From assembly GCF_006345805.1 (NCBI RefSeq), contig NC_043001.1:102176001-102240000 (forward strand): a stretch of DNA of 64,000 nt, read 5' to 3'. The notes below the pieces were generated by a model. The model was not told the DNA's origin. It did no database searches and worked only from the letters and a program-made list of their open reading frames with translations. The DNA is from Octopus sinensis (taxonomy: Eukaryota). Below are positions 50,501 through 63,932 of this stretch, one piece after another (the first letter of the stretch is position 1; every line of letters begins with the position of its first letter). A program made the position numbers and the translations under genes.

Positions 50501-52836
50501 TGATAAAATAAGGACCGGGCAAACACTGGGGTTTGATGTAATCAACTATCCTGAACCCTACAACATTTCAGGCCATGTGTCTATAATAGAAAGGGACAAG
50601 CATGAAACCCTGTACTGAAGTCAATTAAATACTACAACAGAGAGAGAGAAGAAAAAAGAACAAAAAAAATGTGAAGTCTATTTGTTGAGAATGTTTTACT
50701 GGCCTCCTTTCATGAATGCAAAGTAAATTTGGTTCTGGGCCCCTGCTCTTCTATTTCTAGCCAATTCTTTGATCCCACTTCAGTACTAATTACAACAATA
50801 ACAACAATATGGCATTTAATTTTAATTGGACAGCTAACTGTAATCTTTGTTTTAAAGAGCATCTAATGATTTTCTGGAAAGGCATAAACATCACAACACA
50901 TGACTATCTTGTGGCTATACATTTAAGAATGGCAACTACAAGCAGAAAGAGAGGCCGACCTTTGCAACCATCAGGGCATTATAAATCCATGACTGGATGC
51001 ATGGTTTTAGTAAGCTATTTGCTCTTTACTCTGTCCCAAACTACTATTGCCAGTCTTTCTTACAAAAAATCTCTGCACCTAATTAAGAAATCACCACCAC
51101 CACCACCACTACTACTACTACTACCACACTGCCACCATTGAACAAATTGAAATTATGTGAAAATGACTCATTCTTCAAGCATTAGTAGATTACTACAAAC
51201 ATTATTTCTTGTAGAAATTATGTAAATTGTATTTTCAAATGATACTGTTAACTATATTTTGTTGTGTTACAATATAGTTTTTTTTTCTTTGACACTCTTG
51301 ACACTTAAAAAACCCCAACAAAAACAAGCAACAATAAGAAAACAAACAAAGCAGCCTGTTTGTGTTTCAATAGAATGAAAAATGACTATTAACATTTCAA
51401 ATCTGATTTATTCTGTACAGAAGCAAAATTAATAAATAAAGTAAAGACAAGTTGGTAGGGTGGGGGTGACACGAGAAAAAAAAAAAACTACAAAAGAAAA
51501 CAGCATACAATCAACAGCAAAAGTAACACACACAATCCTGATATATTAAATATGTGCGTCTTGCTTGTTTATTTCTTCTTATAAAAGATTTCATTGAAAA
51601 TTTTTAGAATAGTTTGAAGAAGATTGATGAAATATCATTGAATGTGTTTCCGTTGTAGACTCATTGCAGAATTTGCAGCCTAATCGACAGGAAATTGAGC
51701 TTTTGTCACACCCTGCTCAACTGAAGATGTTGCTTTTGGAAGACTCATTGTTTAAACAATACTATGAGTCTTGGTGGTTAGTACATCAGAAAATATGGGG
51801 CTTACTGTTGGTTGCTATGCAACGTAGCATTTAATTTTGTCTAACAACAGGATAAGACTAATTGTAGCAGTTGTGGGTTGTTTTTTAGCCCCAGGCTCAG
51901 CCTCAGGAGTAGATCTATTATCAAAGTGTACCAGCAATAGCATCCAAGGGTTCTGCATATCATGGACTACACTGTCCAGTGTAACACTTTTTTTTACCTT
52001 CATTATGATTATACACGGCTGCTACCAATCTCCAGAATATTTTGTTAAATCAGGATTAGATTGAAAATAATTTAAGTGAAAGGGTCTGAGTTATTTCTAA
52101 AATCTCCCTTATATGCTTGAATTCTTCTTTGATCTCAGTTCAAAATTTGAGGGGTGGGGTGTGCTTTGTTGAATATCTGGTTAAAGAAACTATTTTCTTT
52201 ATTCTTGTTTCAATGATTACATTGTAGGCGGCCAAAGAAGGATGTTTTGTTGCTATTTCTAGCAGGTTACATTAAGATTAGCTCATTTCTAGCTGTCAGT
52301 ATGTAAGATAGACAGACCGACACGATAATGATTGTTGCATAAGATAATCCTCTTGACTGCTTGGAGATGAGATTGAGGGTATGTTCTTGTTTAGTCAGCT
52401 CTCTGCAGATAATTCGTAGAACATTGTTAAGCAGAAGCTTACACATTAATGTCACTAATGCTTCTCAGTTTAAGGTAAGCATATACTAGTCCCTTGTATC
52501 TCGGACAGAGCCTCACACTAAGGTGAGCTCCAGTGTATAGACAAGCCCTTCATACATCAGATCATTATCATCATCGTTTAACATCTGCTTTTCATGCTGG
52601 CATGGGTTGCACGGTTTGACTGAAGACTGGCAAGCCAGGAGGCCGCACCAGGCTCCAATCTGACCTGGCAAGGTTTCTACAGCTGGAAGCCCTTCCTAAT
52701 GCCAACCACTTTGAGATATTTATAAATGTGGTGGGCAAAGAGGCTCCTTTTATATGTGATTTGTTACATATAAAACATTCACTCTCAACATAAGCTTCTA
52801 CCAGTAAGTTGCAGAAAACAAGGATACAGGTAATCA

Positions 52837-53062
52837 TACAAGGTGACAGTGCTAAGCAGTGATGTGTATAAATACAAATTTGTTACCAGCTCAAATATGC
52901 TTCAGGCATATTCAAACCTGTAAGAAAGTCATTTGCTGTGTTTTGTCAAGAAGAAAATTTCTCACTGGAGACTGAAATTTTCTTCGTGACAAAATACAGA
53001 AAATGGTTTTCTAATGGGTCTGAATATGCCCTGAGCATATTTGAGCTGGTCACAAGTTTGTA
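52837..53062. mobile_element. Hairpin MITE with Tc1/mariner-like TA-CA(G/A)GGTG end, copy 1
   Basis: ~190-bp foldback (aaatttgttaccagctcaaatatgc...gcatatttgagctggtcacaagttt); homologous to 55681-55900. Confidence 0.7.
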
Positions 53063-55680
53063 TAGTTAATCATATACTACTAGGCTATTCAACAAAAACC
53101 ATTTAAAAAACAAACCAATGTACCATCAGTATCATAACTTTATATAATATTGTTTTGTTTTACTCCTAGTGTTAAAACAAATTGGTTCTAAAACTTAAAT
53201 ATTAAATCAAAGTAGCAATATATCTGAGTTCTTTCAATAAAAATACTATTTTAAAAATTTGATTTGCTTATATTTCCCATTAGCAGTAAGTTTTGTGGCT
53301 TTAAATTCCAGTATTTCAAAGTTTTTAATAATTTTCCCCAATGAATGAAAATCTCCAGACAATCCAGAGGAAAAGTTCCAACTAGCTTAGGATGAAAGGG
53401 CAACAAATACTGTCACTAAACTATCAAAAACACGGAACTGGTAAATCTAGCCAATAGGCAATGTCTGAATATACAGCTTATACAAAGAAATATGATTAAT
53501 TTGCAATGATTTGTGGGAATTTTTAGAAAGAGGCTATTTTCCTATTCTCTTGTCAAGCAACAGTCATTTATATAATGTCTGCCTCATATATATATAGCAA
53601 GTTCACTAAGACCTTATGAAATTCTCTTTCATCCACCAAATTCTCCAGTTGCCATTGCTGTTTTGGGTAATATTATCAGTCACTTAGAAACTTTCCAACA
53701 TATTGTCTCTAATCTGGTTTCCTCTACTGAAATTACCCAGGAACCAAATGCTATCACAGTATGTAATTTTATTCCAATATATTACTGAAATATGTCTCCC
53801 TGCTGTCAATTTCCAACTTGCTCTATGTCATTAGATTTAGTAGAGGAATCAGGAAAATATTGTTGCCACTGTCACATACTCAATCTTCTCTTAATGACTC
53901 TTAAAGCTCTTTAATGTATAGCATGCAGTGCACTAATGGCAGCAGCAGCAAGCATAAGCTAATACATCTGGGGGTGTGATCATTGTATATATAACTGCAT
54001 ATATTTGTCTGTTTTAGTGTTAGTACAGGAGAACTGTCTAGTGTTAGGACAGTGAAGTTCTTAGGCATACTAGAGTGTCAAATATAGTTACCCTAAACGT
54101 TAGTGTATCTTGTGGGGCTATAGAATTTAGTAATAGATGAGTGAGTAAGAGAGAAAGGGGCGACTTTTCTATTCTCCCATAAAATGTTTTAATTCTTGGT
54201 CTTATAAACAAACCATGAAATAACAGTTTCTAGCTACCTTAGAATTCCAGAATTCTTCTTAAGATTGCGTGTTCTGTTGCAAAGTGGATGGAATGAGAAG
54301 TAAGTTTAACCAGAATACAGCCTGGCATCATAATCTAATACACAACTTTACTATAAATGTATACAGACATTTAATCAGATAACTGGAGGTTTGATATTTT
54401 TTAGAGCAGAGTCAAGCCAGGGGTTCCATAACAACATTAATGCATCTAAGAGACAAGCTGCATATCTTTTCCTTGGGCCACGGTGACTTGTCGAGATATG
54501 AGGTGAGGTGGATGGGTGAGTGGGAGATACGTTAAATGAAATGCTGAGAGGAAATATTGATTGGAGTCATAGACCTGCAAGAAGTGTTGAATACAAAATC
54601 TACAAAGGACGTATTCTGTATAATTGTAGTTTAGCCCCAGGCTAACCCTGGTCAAGCAGATCGATGATCCAAGGTACTCCATCTATGACCGTTTTGTCTT
54701 TTATTTAAATACAGTGTATCTAGGACCAAACTAACTTATGTATGCTTTGTGAAGTCACCCTATAATTTGAGAAATATCTGCTTGCTATTTCTAGCAAGGT
54801 AAATAACCATATAGAGACCTCTTTCTTGACTTGTGTTTAATACAGTAATTAAATGTGGAAGAAATGTTGCAGTTTGGTGGTTAGATGTGTGGTCGAGTCA
54901 GACACGCAGCAAATGGGGCACAGCAAGAGGGGGGGGGAGGTAGGAAGTACAAGTTAGCAAGAGTCAAGAGTTCAAATCTAACTTCAAGCACTGGACTGAA
55001 CACCAAGGCAGTGTTCTTTAGTATCAATATTACAGACGAGGACTAAGAAAGCAAGAAATTTCCTACATTAAAGAACATAAGTTTCAATATAAAACACACA
55101 TCTATAACTGTATTACTATATCACAGAGTGTATGTTCTAACATGTCACAGAAATTATTAAGTTTCTAAAATTGTATGATCTGTTAACAACATGATTTAAA
55201 AAAGAGTGGGTTTTTTATAAATAATTTTGAATAATATTTTTTAAATGCAGTTTTTAATGGTTCTCACTAAAAATTACAAATTATTAGGAGAAACCATAAA
55301 AATAAAACTTTTATATTACATAATTTTAGTTCATTAAGATCAAAAGATATCAATGGTTTCTCTCTTTCATTTACTCTCTTCATAAACATCTACACAAAAG
55401 CTAACATGCTTTTAGAAGCAAGTATATATTCACTGAAAAAACACATACATTAATGGTCTGTGAAATAGCATGTGACTAAACAGTGTGTGCTGTTTCCTGG
55501 ATAGAATAAATAAATTCTGTTGCCTAAATGTCATAATTATTTCAAGAAGAAGAAAAACAAAAACAAAAAAATACTTGATCAGCTGCTGTGTCTACTTTCT
55601 ACTGATCATATGGTTATGAGTTCAAACATGCTTACGGCTACTATCTTATGCTAAGTGAGATGTGACATTCTTTGATTCAA

Positions 55681-55900
55681 TACAGGGTGACGGTGCCAAG
55701 CAGTGATGCACATAAATATAAACTTGTTGCCAGTTTAAACTTACTTGAGACACATTTGAATTCACAAGAAGGCCATTCACTATGTTTTGTGAGGGGGAAA
55801 ATTTCTTGCTGTTGACAGAAATTTTCTCCATGACAAAACAGAGAATGGCCTTCTGACAGGTTTGAATGTGCCTTGGGCATTTTTAAACAGGTAACAAGTT
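55681..55900. mobile_element. Hairpin MITE, copy 2
   Basis: tacagggtgacggtgccaagcagtgatg start; foldback centred on gaaaatttc..gaaattttc as in copy 1. Confidence 0.7.
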
Positions 55901-56290
55901 TGTCTTTGATTCAATATTTTAATTAGTTTAGCTTGAAAATTTGCTTAATGACCAGCCCTAATAGTACTAGAATTAAAAGCTAAACTGTTCAGGCTATGGC
56001 TGGCCTGAAACAGTAGGTGAAAGCAATAAAATTGTAAGAAATAAATAAAGAAAATATATATAAAAAGTAAATAAAGTCATAGTTGTGGCCGATGCCAGTG
56101 TCACATAAATGGCACCTGTGCTAGTGGCATCCATTACACTCTTGGAGTGGTTGATGTTAGGAAGGGCATCCAGCCATAGGAACCATACCAAATCAGACTG
56201 AACTTGATTAGGCTTAATAATCCTAATTTAATCCTGGGCAAAGCTGGGCTATACTGCTAGCTTCATATAAAATAAAATATTTTAAACAAT

Positions 56291-56529
56291 TAAGCCATTT
56301 AAAAACACACAAAAACTGTTAGATTCACTTCAACATTTAAATTTAATTTGCCAAAATATTTTTGTCACTTTGAGACCACGACCTGTTCACTGACAAAATT
56401 CTTAGCTGCATTTCAGAATTTTGTCAGTGAATTTGGTTGTGGTGTCAAAGAGACGAAAATATTTTGACACAAATGAAATTTAAATGTTGAAGTGAATCTA
56501 AAAGGTTTTGTGTGTTTTTGAATGGCTTA
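56291..56529. mobile_element. ~240-bp foldback element
   Basis: taagccattt...ctgacaaaattc / gaattttgtcag...aatggctta, near-perfect arms. Confidence 0.8.
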
Positions 56530-58092
56530 TAAGCACCTTCCACGCTGCAATTGTCTTCCTTCCAGCACACGATCTCAGATCAGGTCACTTGCTATGCAAG
56601 TACATCCCCGTAAAAATATTTTAATATTTTGAAATTTAATCTGCACATCATCTCCATTGCATGTTTGTCTGCTTTCTTAATATTTACACACAGACATAAA
56701 TTTAGCCCCTATTTAATGCGTTCAAATTGATTTAACCTTTGAATAATGGTCCAGAATGTCATGCTATCAGTTGAACTGAAGTCTAATTACAATAATGCTT
56801 CAAAACTGATGGTGGAAACGGTGAAGAACAGAGATTTATCGAACATGGAGTAAAGCTATGATTTCACTTCACAAATGACAATGAATAGGAGAAAATAGAA
56901 TGCCCCCTCCCCCAGCTGATATAAAATCTAACAATTAACATAAAGATTGAATTTACCAGAGAAGTGTTGCCAAAGTCATTGCTGTCTCTAATTGGAAGAA
57001 GCTGTAGAAATTTCCTCAGGGCAGAGACTCATACACCAGCAGAAAAAAGATCAAACCCATGAATAATGCATAATGAATCAACAAGCAAAAGATTGCATTG
57101 ATAACTTCCCCCACTTTCTAATAGCACATATTAACAATTATTTAAAGTATAATCACTTGACAAGAAATGTGTCTTGTATCTAGAAACCCATCGGTTTTAT
57201 TTTTATCACAAAATCAAACTGTGTAAAGGATAGGGAAGCTATTCCATGACTAAATATTTGACTTGTTCTGCCAGAACTGTCGCCATACTGTCTGAATGAT
57301 TTCTTCTCTATCTGTTGTGGATTTATGGAAGAAAAGCATGTAAACGTTTGTAAGCTTCATTAAATTGTTTCTGTCTCACAATGAAGGCCTTTCTCTTGCA
57401 CTAAGTCTCCAGCTGATAGAAGACACCAGAGAAAGGGTATTGATGAAGGAATGGAGAGTAGAGGAAGAATTCAAAATGAGTGGAACATTAAATATTAAAG
57501 CAGAGAAAGCAACTTGTCGAATATAGGAAGGTTTGTTTAAAAAAACAGGAAAAGAATTGAAAATAAAAAAAAAAGACTGATAAAACAGTTAATTATTCAA
57601 AGAATGGAAATATTAAGCCTCTAAAAATGTTAATTTCTTCAAGACCAGTCATAAGCGAGTTGATTATAGTTATTTGATATGATTCTAGTACACACTGGTA
57701 CTTCTCTCGACACCTCTTTCCTTTGGCAATGACCAGGCCAAGCAGAGCCGGAAGGGATGGATGAGCCAGCTGATATAGACCTATAGTTTTGAGAGAATCT
57801 TTTCTTACCAGTTGGAAACAAAAGAAGAATCTTTAATAGAAAATTACCATTTTCAGAAATAGTTCTAATTCTTTAATTATGTTTCATCAAAGTACACCAT
57901 ATATATATGTATATATGCAGAAGTATATATTCAGGGTGCTGTGAATAAACTGTCATCTAAATTACGCAAAAATGAAAATAACACTGACATCTCATTTTAA
58001 CAGATATATTACCAAAATTACATAAAGATATCTTGAAATACTAAAGAGTAAATTTTTTCAATAAAATCGCTGTGTGTGTGCATGCAGAGGTA

Positions 58093-58404
58093 TATTATTA
58101 CAAATTTGGGATTTTACCATTAGAACAACAACACCTGCTTCAGGATAACCTTATTGTATGGAACGCACATAGAAAGTTATATCCAATAAAATAATATAAG
58201 CAGTTAAAAAAACCTACAATAAAACTATTTGAAAATAATGTTATATATATTTTCAAATAATTTTACTGTATGTTATAGTAGGTTTTTTTTTAACTGCTTA
58301 TATTATTTTATTGGATATAACTTTCTATGTGTATTCCAGACAATAAGGTTATCCTGAAATAGGAGTTGTGGTTCTATTAGTAAAATCCCAAATTTGTAAT
58401 AATA
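58093..58404. mobile_element. ~310-bp foldback element
   Basis: tattattacaaatttgggatttta...ttgaaaata / tattttcaa...taaaatcccaaatttgtaataata; TA-CAGGGTG-like sequence upstream near 57925. Confidence 0.8.
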
Positions 58405-59029
58405 TTATAAATGATACTGTTTACATTGCATTAGTAAAGTGTAAAATAGTAAATGTCCTGATAACCTAGAATACTTATAATTCCCTAAGATTTTAAAAAT
58501 ATGTAGAGGTATATATATATCCTTAAATCCTTAAAAGTGTTTTAGCCCGAATATATATGTATGTGTATGTGTGCGAGTAGAGGTATGTAACACATTTTAT
58601 GAAATGGTACCTATAGGTACAGGGGTGGTTGTGTGGTAAGAAGTTTGCTTCTCAACCACATGGTGTGTGTGTGAAAGAGAACCGGAGTTGGTGTGTTTAT
58701 GTCCCCATAACTCAGCAGTTCGACAAAAGAGCCTGATAGAATAAGTACCAGTCTTAAAAATAAAATAAAAATTAGCACTGGGTGTCAATTCATTCAATAA
58801 AACATTTCACAAGTCAGTGCTCCAGCATGCCCACAATCTAATGATTGAAACATGTCAGAGATATAAAAAAAAGTACGCTAGAAATAATGGAAGTGTTTTT
58901 CTTTTTTTTTATGAAGTTCACACCAAACTACTAACATATCTGTGTCTGTCTTAGAAGAAAAGCATAACTGAACAGATTTCTATTGCAGCATGCATTGTTG
59001 TACTAGATATTTAATTAAAACTGTTTTAT

Positions 59030-59580
59030 TATCAGCCAGGACCACCTGACTGGCTTCCGTGCTGGTGGCACATAAAAAGCACTATCCAAACGTGACCAAT
59101 GCCAGTGCCCCCTAACTGGCTCCATGCTGGTGGCACATAAAAAGCACTATCCAAACGTGACCAATGCCAGTGCCCCCTAACTGGCTCCCATGCTGGTGGC
59201 ACGTAAAAAAGCACTATCTGAACAAGATCAATGCCAGCGCCCCCCTGACTGACTCCTATGCTGGTGGTATGTAAGAAGTACTATCCAAATGTGATCAATG
59301 CCAGCACCCCCCTGACTAGCTCCCATGCTGGAGGCACGTAAAAAAGCACTACACAAACGTGATCAATGCCAGGCCTACCTGACTGACACCCATGATGGTG
59401 GCACATAAAAAGCACCCACTACACTCTCGGAGTGGTTGGTGTTAGGAAGGACATCCAACTGTAGAAACATGGCCAGATCAGATTGGAGCCTGGTGCAGCC
59501 GCTGGCTCTCCAGACCTCAGTCAAACTATCCAACCCATGCCAGCATTGAAAACGGACGTTAAATGATGATGATGGAGATG
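59030..59580 (+). mobile_element. RTE 3' UTR copy with an expanded ~66-bp minisatellite
   Basis: gctggtggcac-type unit starts at 59061, 59126, 59192, 59260, 59327, 59394; ends ggacgttaaatgatgatg. Confidence 0.85.
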
Positions 59581-60970
59581 ATAAACTTATCATTTAAGTA
59601 GCAGTGTTTTACCTAAGATGCAAAAAACAGTAAGCTCTGAGCATGCGTGTATGAATGTATGTATGTGTGTGTGTGTATACTTGCCTGCATACACACAGAG
59701 ACGAATGCACACTAAACGTGGATACATAAAAAGTAGTGAATAATAGAATGGCAAGTAGGTGTAGCACAACTAGTGTTGTGACGAAAGAAATGTAATTTAA
59801 AGAACAAAATAAATTTATGTTTCAATGATTCCTAAAAATTGACTTTTGAACAATTTTTTTTTACATCATATTTCAAGCAGAAATACAATTTACTTTTTGT
59901 GAATCATTAAGCCAAATAAATCTAAATAACTTAATTGATAAAGATAAAATTAAGAGAGATAACAGGAAAACCTGATCTAGATAATTTGTGGAAAAAATCC
60001 AATTTTCATTTTTTTAATATCTTCAGTGATAAATGATGAGATCTGTGTGACATACTGAGTAAGTGGAGTCATCCTTGTACACTTTGAATAATCAATTATA
60101 TATGTGTGGTGGTGGTGGTGGGGCAATGGTAGGGCAATGGTGTGGCCGTGTGGTAAGAACTTTGCTTCCCAACCTCATAGTTCCTGGTTCAGTCTCCTAC
60201 AGTGTAGCATCTTCGGCAAGTGGTTTCTACTATAGCCCAGGGCTGACTAAACCCATGAGGGTGCATTTGGCAGATAGAAATACAAACCTGTCATAGGTGC
60301 AGGAGTGGCTGTGTGGTAAGAAGCTTGCTTCCCAACCACATGGTCCTGAGTTCAGTCCCACTGCATGGCACCTTGGGTGAGTGTCTTCTACTATAACCTT
60401 GGGTTGACCAAAGCCTTGTGTGCGGATGTGGTAGACAGAAACTGAAAGAAGCCCATTGAATATGTGTGTGTGTGTGTGTATTTGTGTGTCTGTTTGTCCC
60501 TACCACCGTCACTTGATGATCAATGTTGGTGTGTTTACCTCTCTGTAACTTAGCAGTTCGGCAAAAGAAACTGATAGAATAAGTACTAGGCTTACAAAGT
60601 ATAAGTCCTGGGGTTAATTTGTTTGACTAAAGGCGGTGCTCCAGCATGGCCGCAGTCAAACGACTGAAACACGTAAAAGAATACATATATCCATATCCAT
60701 GTATATCAATGTGTGTGTGTGTGTGTGTACATGCATGTTACTATGTACCTGACATTGCATGATACCTGGAAATGGATGTCACCATCATGCAATAATCTGT
60801 GGAAAGATGCTTAGGGATGGGACAATATTACCTTGGATAGAAACAGGAGACGGTTGGCAACAGGAAGGCCACCCTCCCTTACAAAATCTACTCCAATAAT
60901 AAATTGTCTCAGCCATGCAAGCATAGAGATGGGGATGTTATGACACTGATGATGATGATGATGATGATTG

Positions 60971-61592
60971 TTTTTTGTACTTCCTGCTTTTTCCTATTGT
61001 CATTTCTCTCAATCTGCACTTATTTCTGTGTTCCTTTCTGTTGAAGAACATAGGCTCAAAACATAAAAGACTTTCTCACTTCCTGAGCGTTAAACTTTTA
61101 CATCTGTTTGTTGTTTACACACCCACTTTTGTCTTTTTTTTTTTTTTTTTGTAAATTCTCACTATATATTACACACTCACGTGGTCAGTTTTATCCTGTC
61201 TCCACCACATAACACTTCAGACTTTTCTTGGACTTTTCTACTAGGATTCTCTACCTGGACTTTCTTCTACTCACCTACACTCGGACTCCTACACTTTGGC
61301 TGCACCTCTCCTACCCATGGAAAACACTTGGACTCTACCTTTGATGAGAAATCGCTCCATTACACCACAATGTTCAAACCTTTTGAACTTTTCTAAACTT
61401 TTTTGTATTTCTGCTTTTTCCTATTGTCGTTTCTGTCAATCCACACTTATTTCTGTTTCCCTTTCTGTCGAAGAGCATAGGCTCAAAACATAAAGGACTT
61501 TCTCACTTCCTGAGTGTTAAACTAATACATCTGTTTGTTGTTTACACACCCGTCTTTGTCTTTTGTTTTTTTTTTGCAAATTCTCGCTATGT
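60971..61592 (+). mobile_element. Direct-repeat element with two hammerhead-like motifs (pLTR/retrozyme-like)
   Basis: ~195-bp direct repeats at 60971-61168 and 61399-61592; each has CCTTT-CTGTYGA-A-GAGC-ATAG-GCTC-AAAA-CA-TA-AA(A/G)G (first copy GAAC in stem II). Confidence 0.6.
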
Positions 61593-61861
61593 ATGTGTAT
61601 GTAATGAAAAATTGATAAATTGTAGTGATGAGTGGAGAAAAAAGAGAACATTTTGGATATTGCTCTTCTTATGGAAAAGCTGAAAGGAGAGAAATTAACG
61701 AGAGCTCTCCTTTCATGGTGGCACTCTCTCCAAAACATAATCCACTCCTCATACCATGTTCACTTTATTCTTTTAATCAATTTCACCACATACTATAAGT
61801 CTTACTGATGTAAAACACCAGCCTCTTAGGATTATGTTTAATCATATATGTATATATATAT

Positions 61862-61925
<64 letters not shown>

Positions 61926-61930
61926 TTGTA

Positions 61931-62560
61931 TAGGGTGTTTGGGCTAAATTCCATGAATTTTTGTGTCTCCTTTTTTCAGGAGCAGCTTGGTGCATTGCTG
62001 AAGAGTCAATGGCATTAAATATGATAAAGATTAAAGCTGCAGTTTAAAAAAAAGTTAGCTGACATGGAGGATAGGAAGGGATCTGAACACTGGGAAAGTG
62101 TTACTTGTATCATGATGGTTCATGCTGGGTATCAAAATACCAACATTGTGTCTTCTGATGCTCAATGCTCTGTAAACACTGTAAAGGCAGTAAGACTTGA
62201 TATGGAAGCTGCAATGGAGGCTATGAAGCTCTGGTCAGCAGGAAGGGACACAGCAGGCATTTTGACTGTGTCCACTCACTGGAATTCATCCCATCCCCAC
62301 ATTTTTGATGACTATGTAAATCTGCTGGAGACTATGGTTAAATCCTGGTTGGAGCGGGTTGCTGCTGGAAGGCCATATGTGTGGCAGCAGGATTCGGCTT
62401 CTTGCCATAATTCCGGAAAGAATCAGAAGTGGCTGTTGGATTATTTCTATGACTTCATCAGATCCAGTTTCTAGCTTCCCAGTTCCCCTCGATTCTAATG
62501 CCAAAGATGTGTGGGTTTTAGTGGCAGCAAAAATACCTAACTGCAAACCAAGGCTTCAAC
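61931..62560 (+). mobile_element. Internally deleted Tc1/mariner-superfamily transposon
   Basis: WLERVAAGRPYVWQQDSASCHNSGKNQKWL..YFYDF followed by a decayed PSSPD motif (WPPxSPD-like). Confidence 0.8.
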
Positions 62561-62664
62561 AATATGTATTTGTCTAACCTTTGACAACATGATAAAAAAA
62601 ATAAACAAACAGAAGAAACAAATATGAATGACTGTGCATGCATAATATATTAAACAACAATAAC

Positions 62665-63745
62665 AACAACCAGAAATGGGGGCTCTGATCTGTGCTGCCC
62701 AAGAGCATGCATTAAAAACCAATTACATCAAATACAAGACTCCGCCGGTTACGACGACGAGGGTCCCAGCTGATACGATCAACGGAACAGCTTGCTCGTG
62801 AAATTAACGTGCAAGGCTGAGCATTCCACAGACACGTGTACCCTTAACGTAGTTCTCGGGGATAATCACGTGACACAGAGAGTGACAAGGCTGACCCTTT
62901 GAAATACAAGTACAACTCATTTTTGCCAGCTGAGTGGACTGGAGCAACGTGAAATAAAGTGTCTTGCTCAAGGACACAACGCGTCACCGGGAATCGAACT
63001 CACAACCTTACGATCATGAGCCGAATGCCCTAACCACTAAGCCACGCGCCCTCACATTACATCAAATACAGAACAGAAAACACATCAGAAAGAGATAAGT
63101 GCAGAATTTGTGGACAAAATGGTGAAACTGTATGGCATATTACCAGTCAATGTATGCCACTAGCCCAGAAGGAATATAAGAGATGTCATGACAATATAGC
63201 AAGGATTGTCCATTGGACACTTTGCAACAAGTATGGACTTGACAGAGCAAAAAAGTGGTACGAACATAAGCCTGAAAGCATCATTGAAAATGATAATGCA
63301 AAGATCCTATGGGATTTTGTGATTGAATGCGACCATGAGATAGAGAATAGGAAACCAGACATAGTGTTAATTGAGAAAGAAAACGAATGATGCTAGATCA
63401 TAGATATAGCATGCCCAGCTGATGACAAGGTAAGGAAGAAAGTCAAGAGTTATGACAAGTTAGCTTGGAAAGTTAAGCAGTTATGGTCGATGAAAAAGGT
63501 GGTAGTAGTACCAATAATTGTTGGAGCCCTGGGAACAGCGAGTAAAAATCTTGAGAAGTACATGGAACAAATACAGGCTGCAATAAGGGTGGAGCACTTG
63601 CAAAACACAGCACTGCTTGGAACCAATCAAATACACGAAAAATAAGGGGTGTTACCCTAATTCACTGGTAGTGAACAGCTGACACCATAACACATCTCCA
63701 GCATTAGAATCTGTGCAAAAACAAAATAATAATTATAACAATAAT
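62665..63745 (+). mobile_element. R4/Dong-type RLE non-LTR retrotransposon, 3' portion
   Basis: ALICAAQEHALKTNYIKY, CCHC knuckle CRICGQNGETVWHITSQC, RHDN-like motif CHDNIARIVH, RKPDIVLI..IIDIACP (PD-(D/E)xK nuclease), VPIIVGALG; ends in (TAA)n. Confidence 0.9.
62737..63055 (-). mobile_element. tRNA-derived SINE (OR-like), CpG-intact copy inserted in the R4-type element
   Basis: Head gtgagggcgcgtggcttagtggttagggcattcggctcatgatcgtaaggttgtgagttcgattcccgg; 15-bp TSD attacatcaaataca at 62722-62736 and 63056-63070. Confidence 0.9.
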
Positions 63746-63750
63746 AATAA

Positions 63751-63932
63751 TAGGGGCTGCAATAAAGGTGGAGCACTTTCAGAAAACAGTACTGCTTAGA
63801 ACTGCTTGAATACACCAGATGGTGCTTGGAAAATAAGGGGTGTTACCCTAATTCACTGGTAGTGAACAGCTGACACCGTAGTACATCCCCAGCATTAGAA
63901 GCTGTGCAAAGACAATAAAATAATAATAATAA
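63751..63932 (+). mobile_element. Second, shorter copy of the same R4/Dong 3' end
   Basis: ggctgcaataaaggtggagcact...ggggtgttaccctaattcactggtagtgaacagctgacacc...gcattagaa duplicated from 63575-63745; flanked by (TAA)n. Confidence 0.85.

Noticed and set aside
57639-57800. Frame LYQLAHPSLPALLGLVIAKGKRCREKY resembling a kinase HP..LLG segment
   Set aside because: Weak acceptor, no clear donor, and equally compatible with a decayed LINE C-terminus.
62990-63055. tRNA-like sequence (also at ~10640-10700 and in SINE heads)
   Set aside because: No paired acceptor stem; continues into SINE body sequence bounded by a TSD, so not a tRNA gene.
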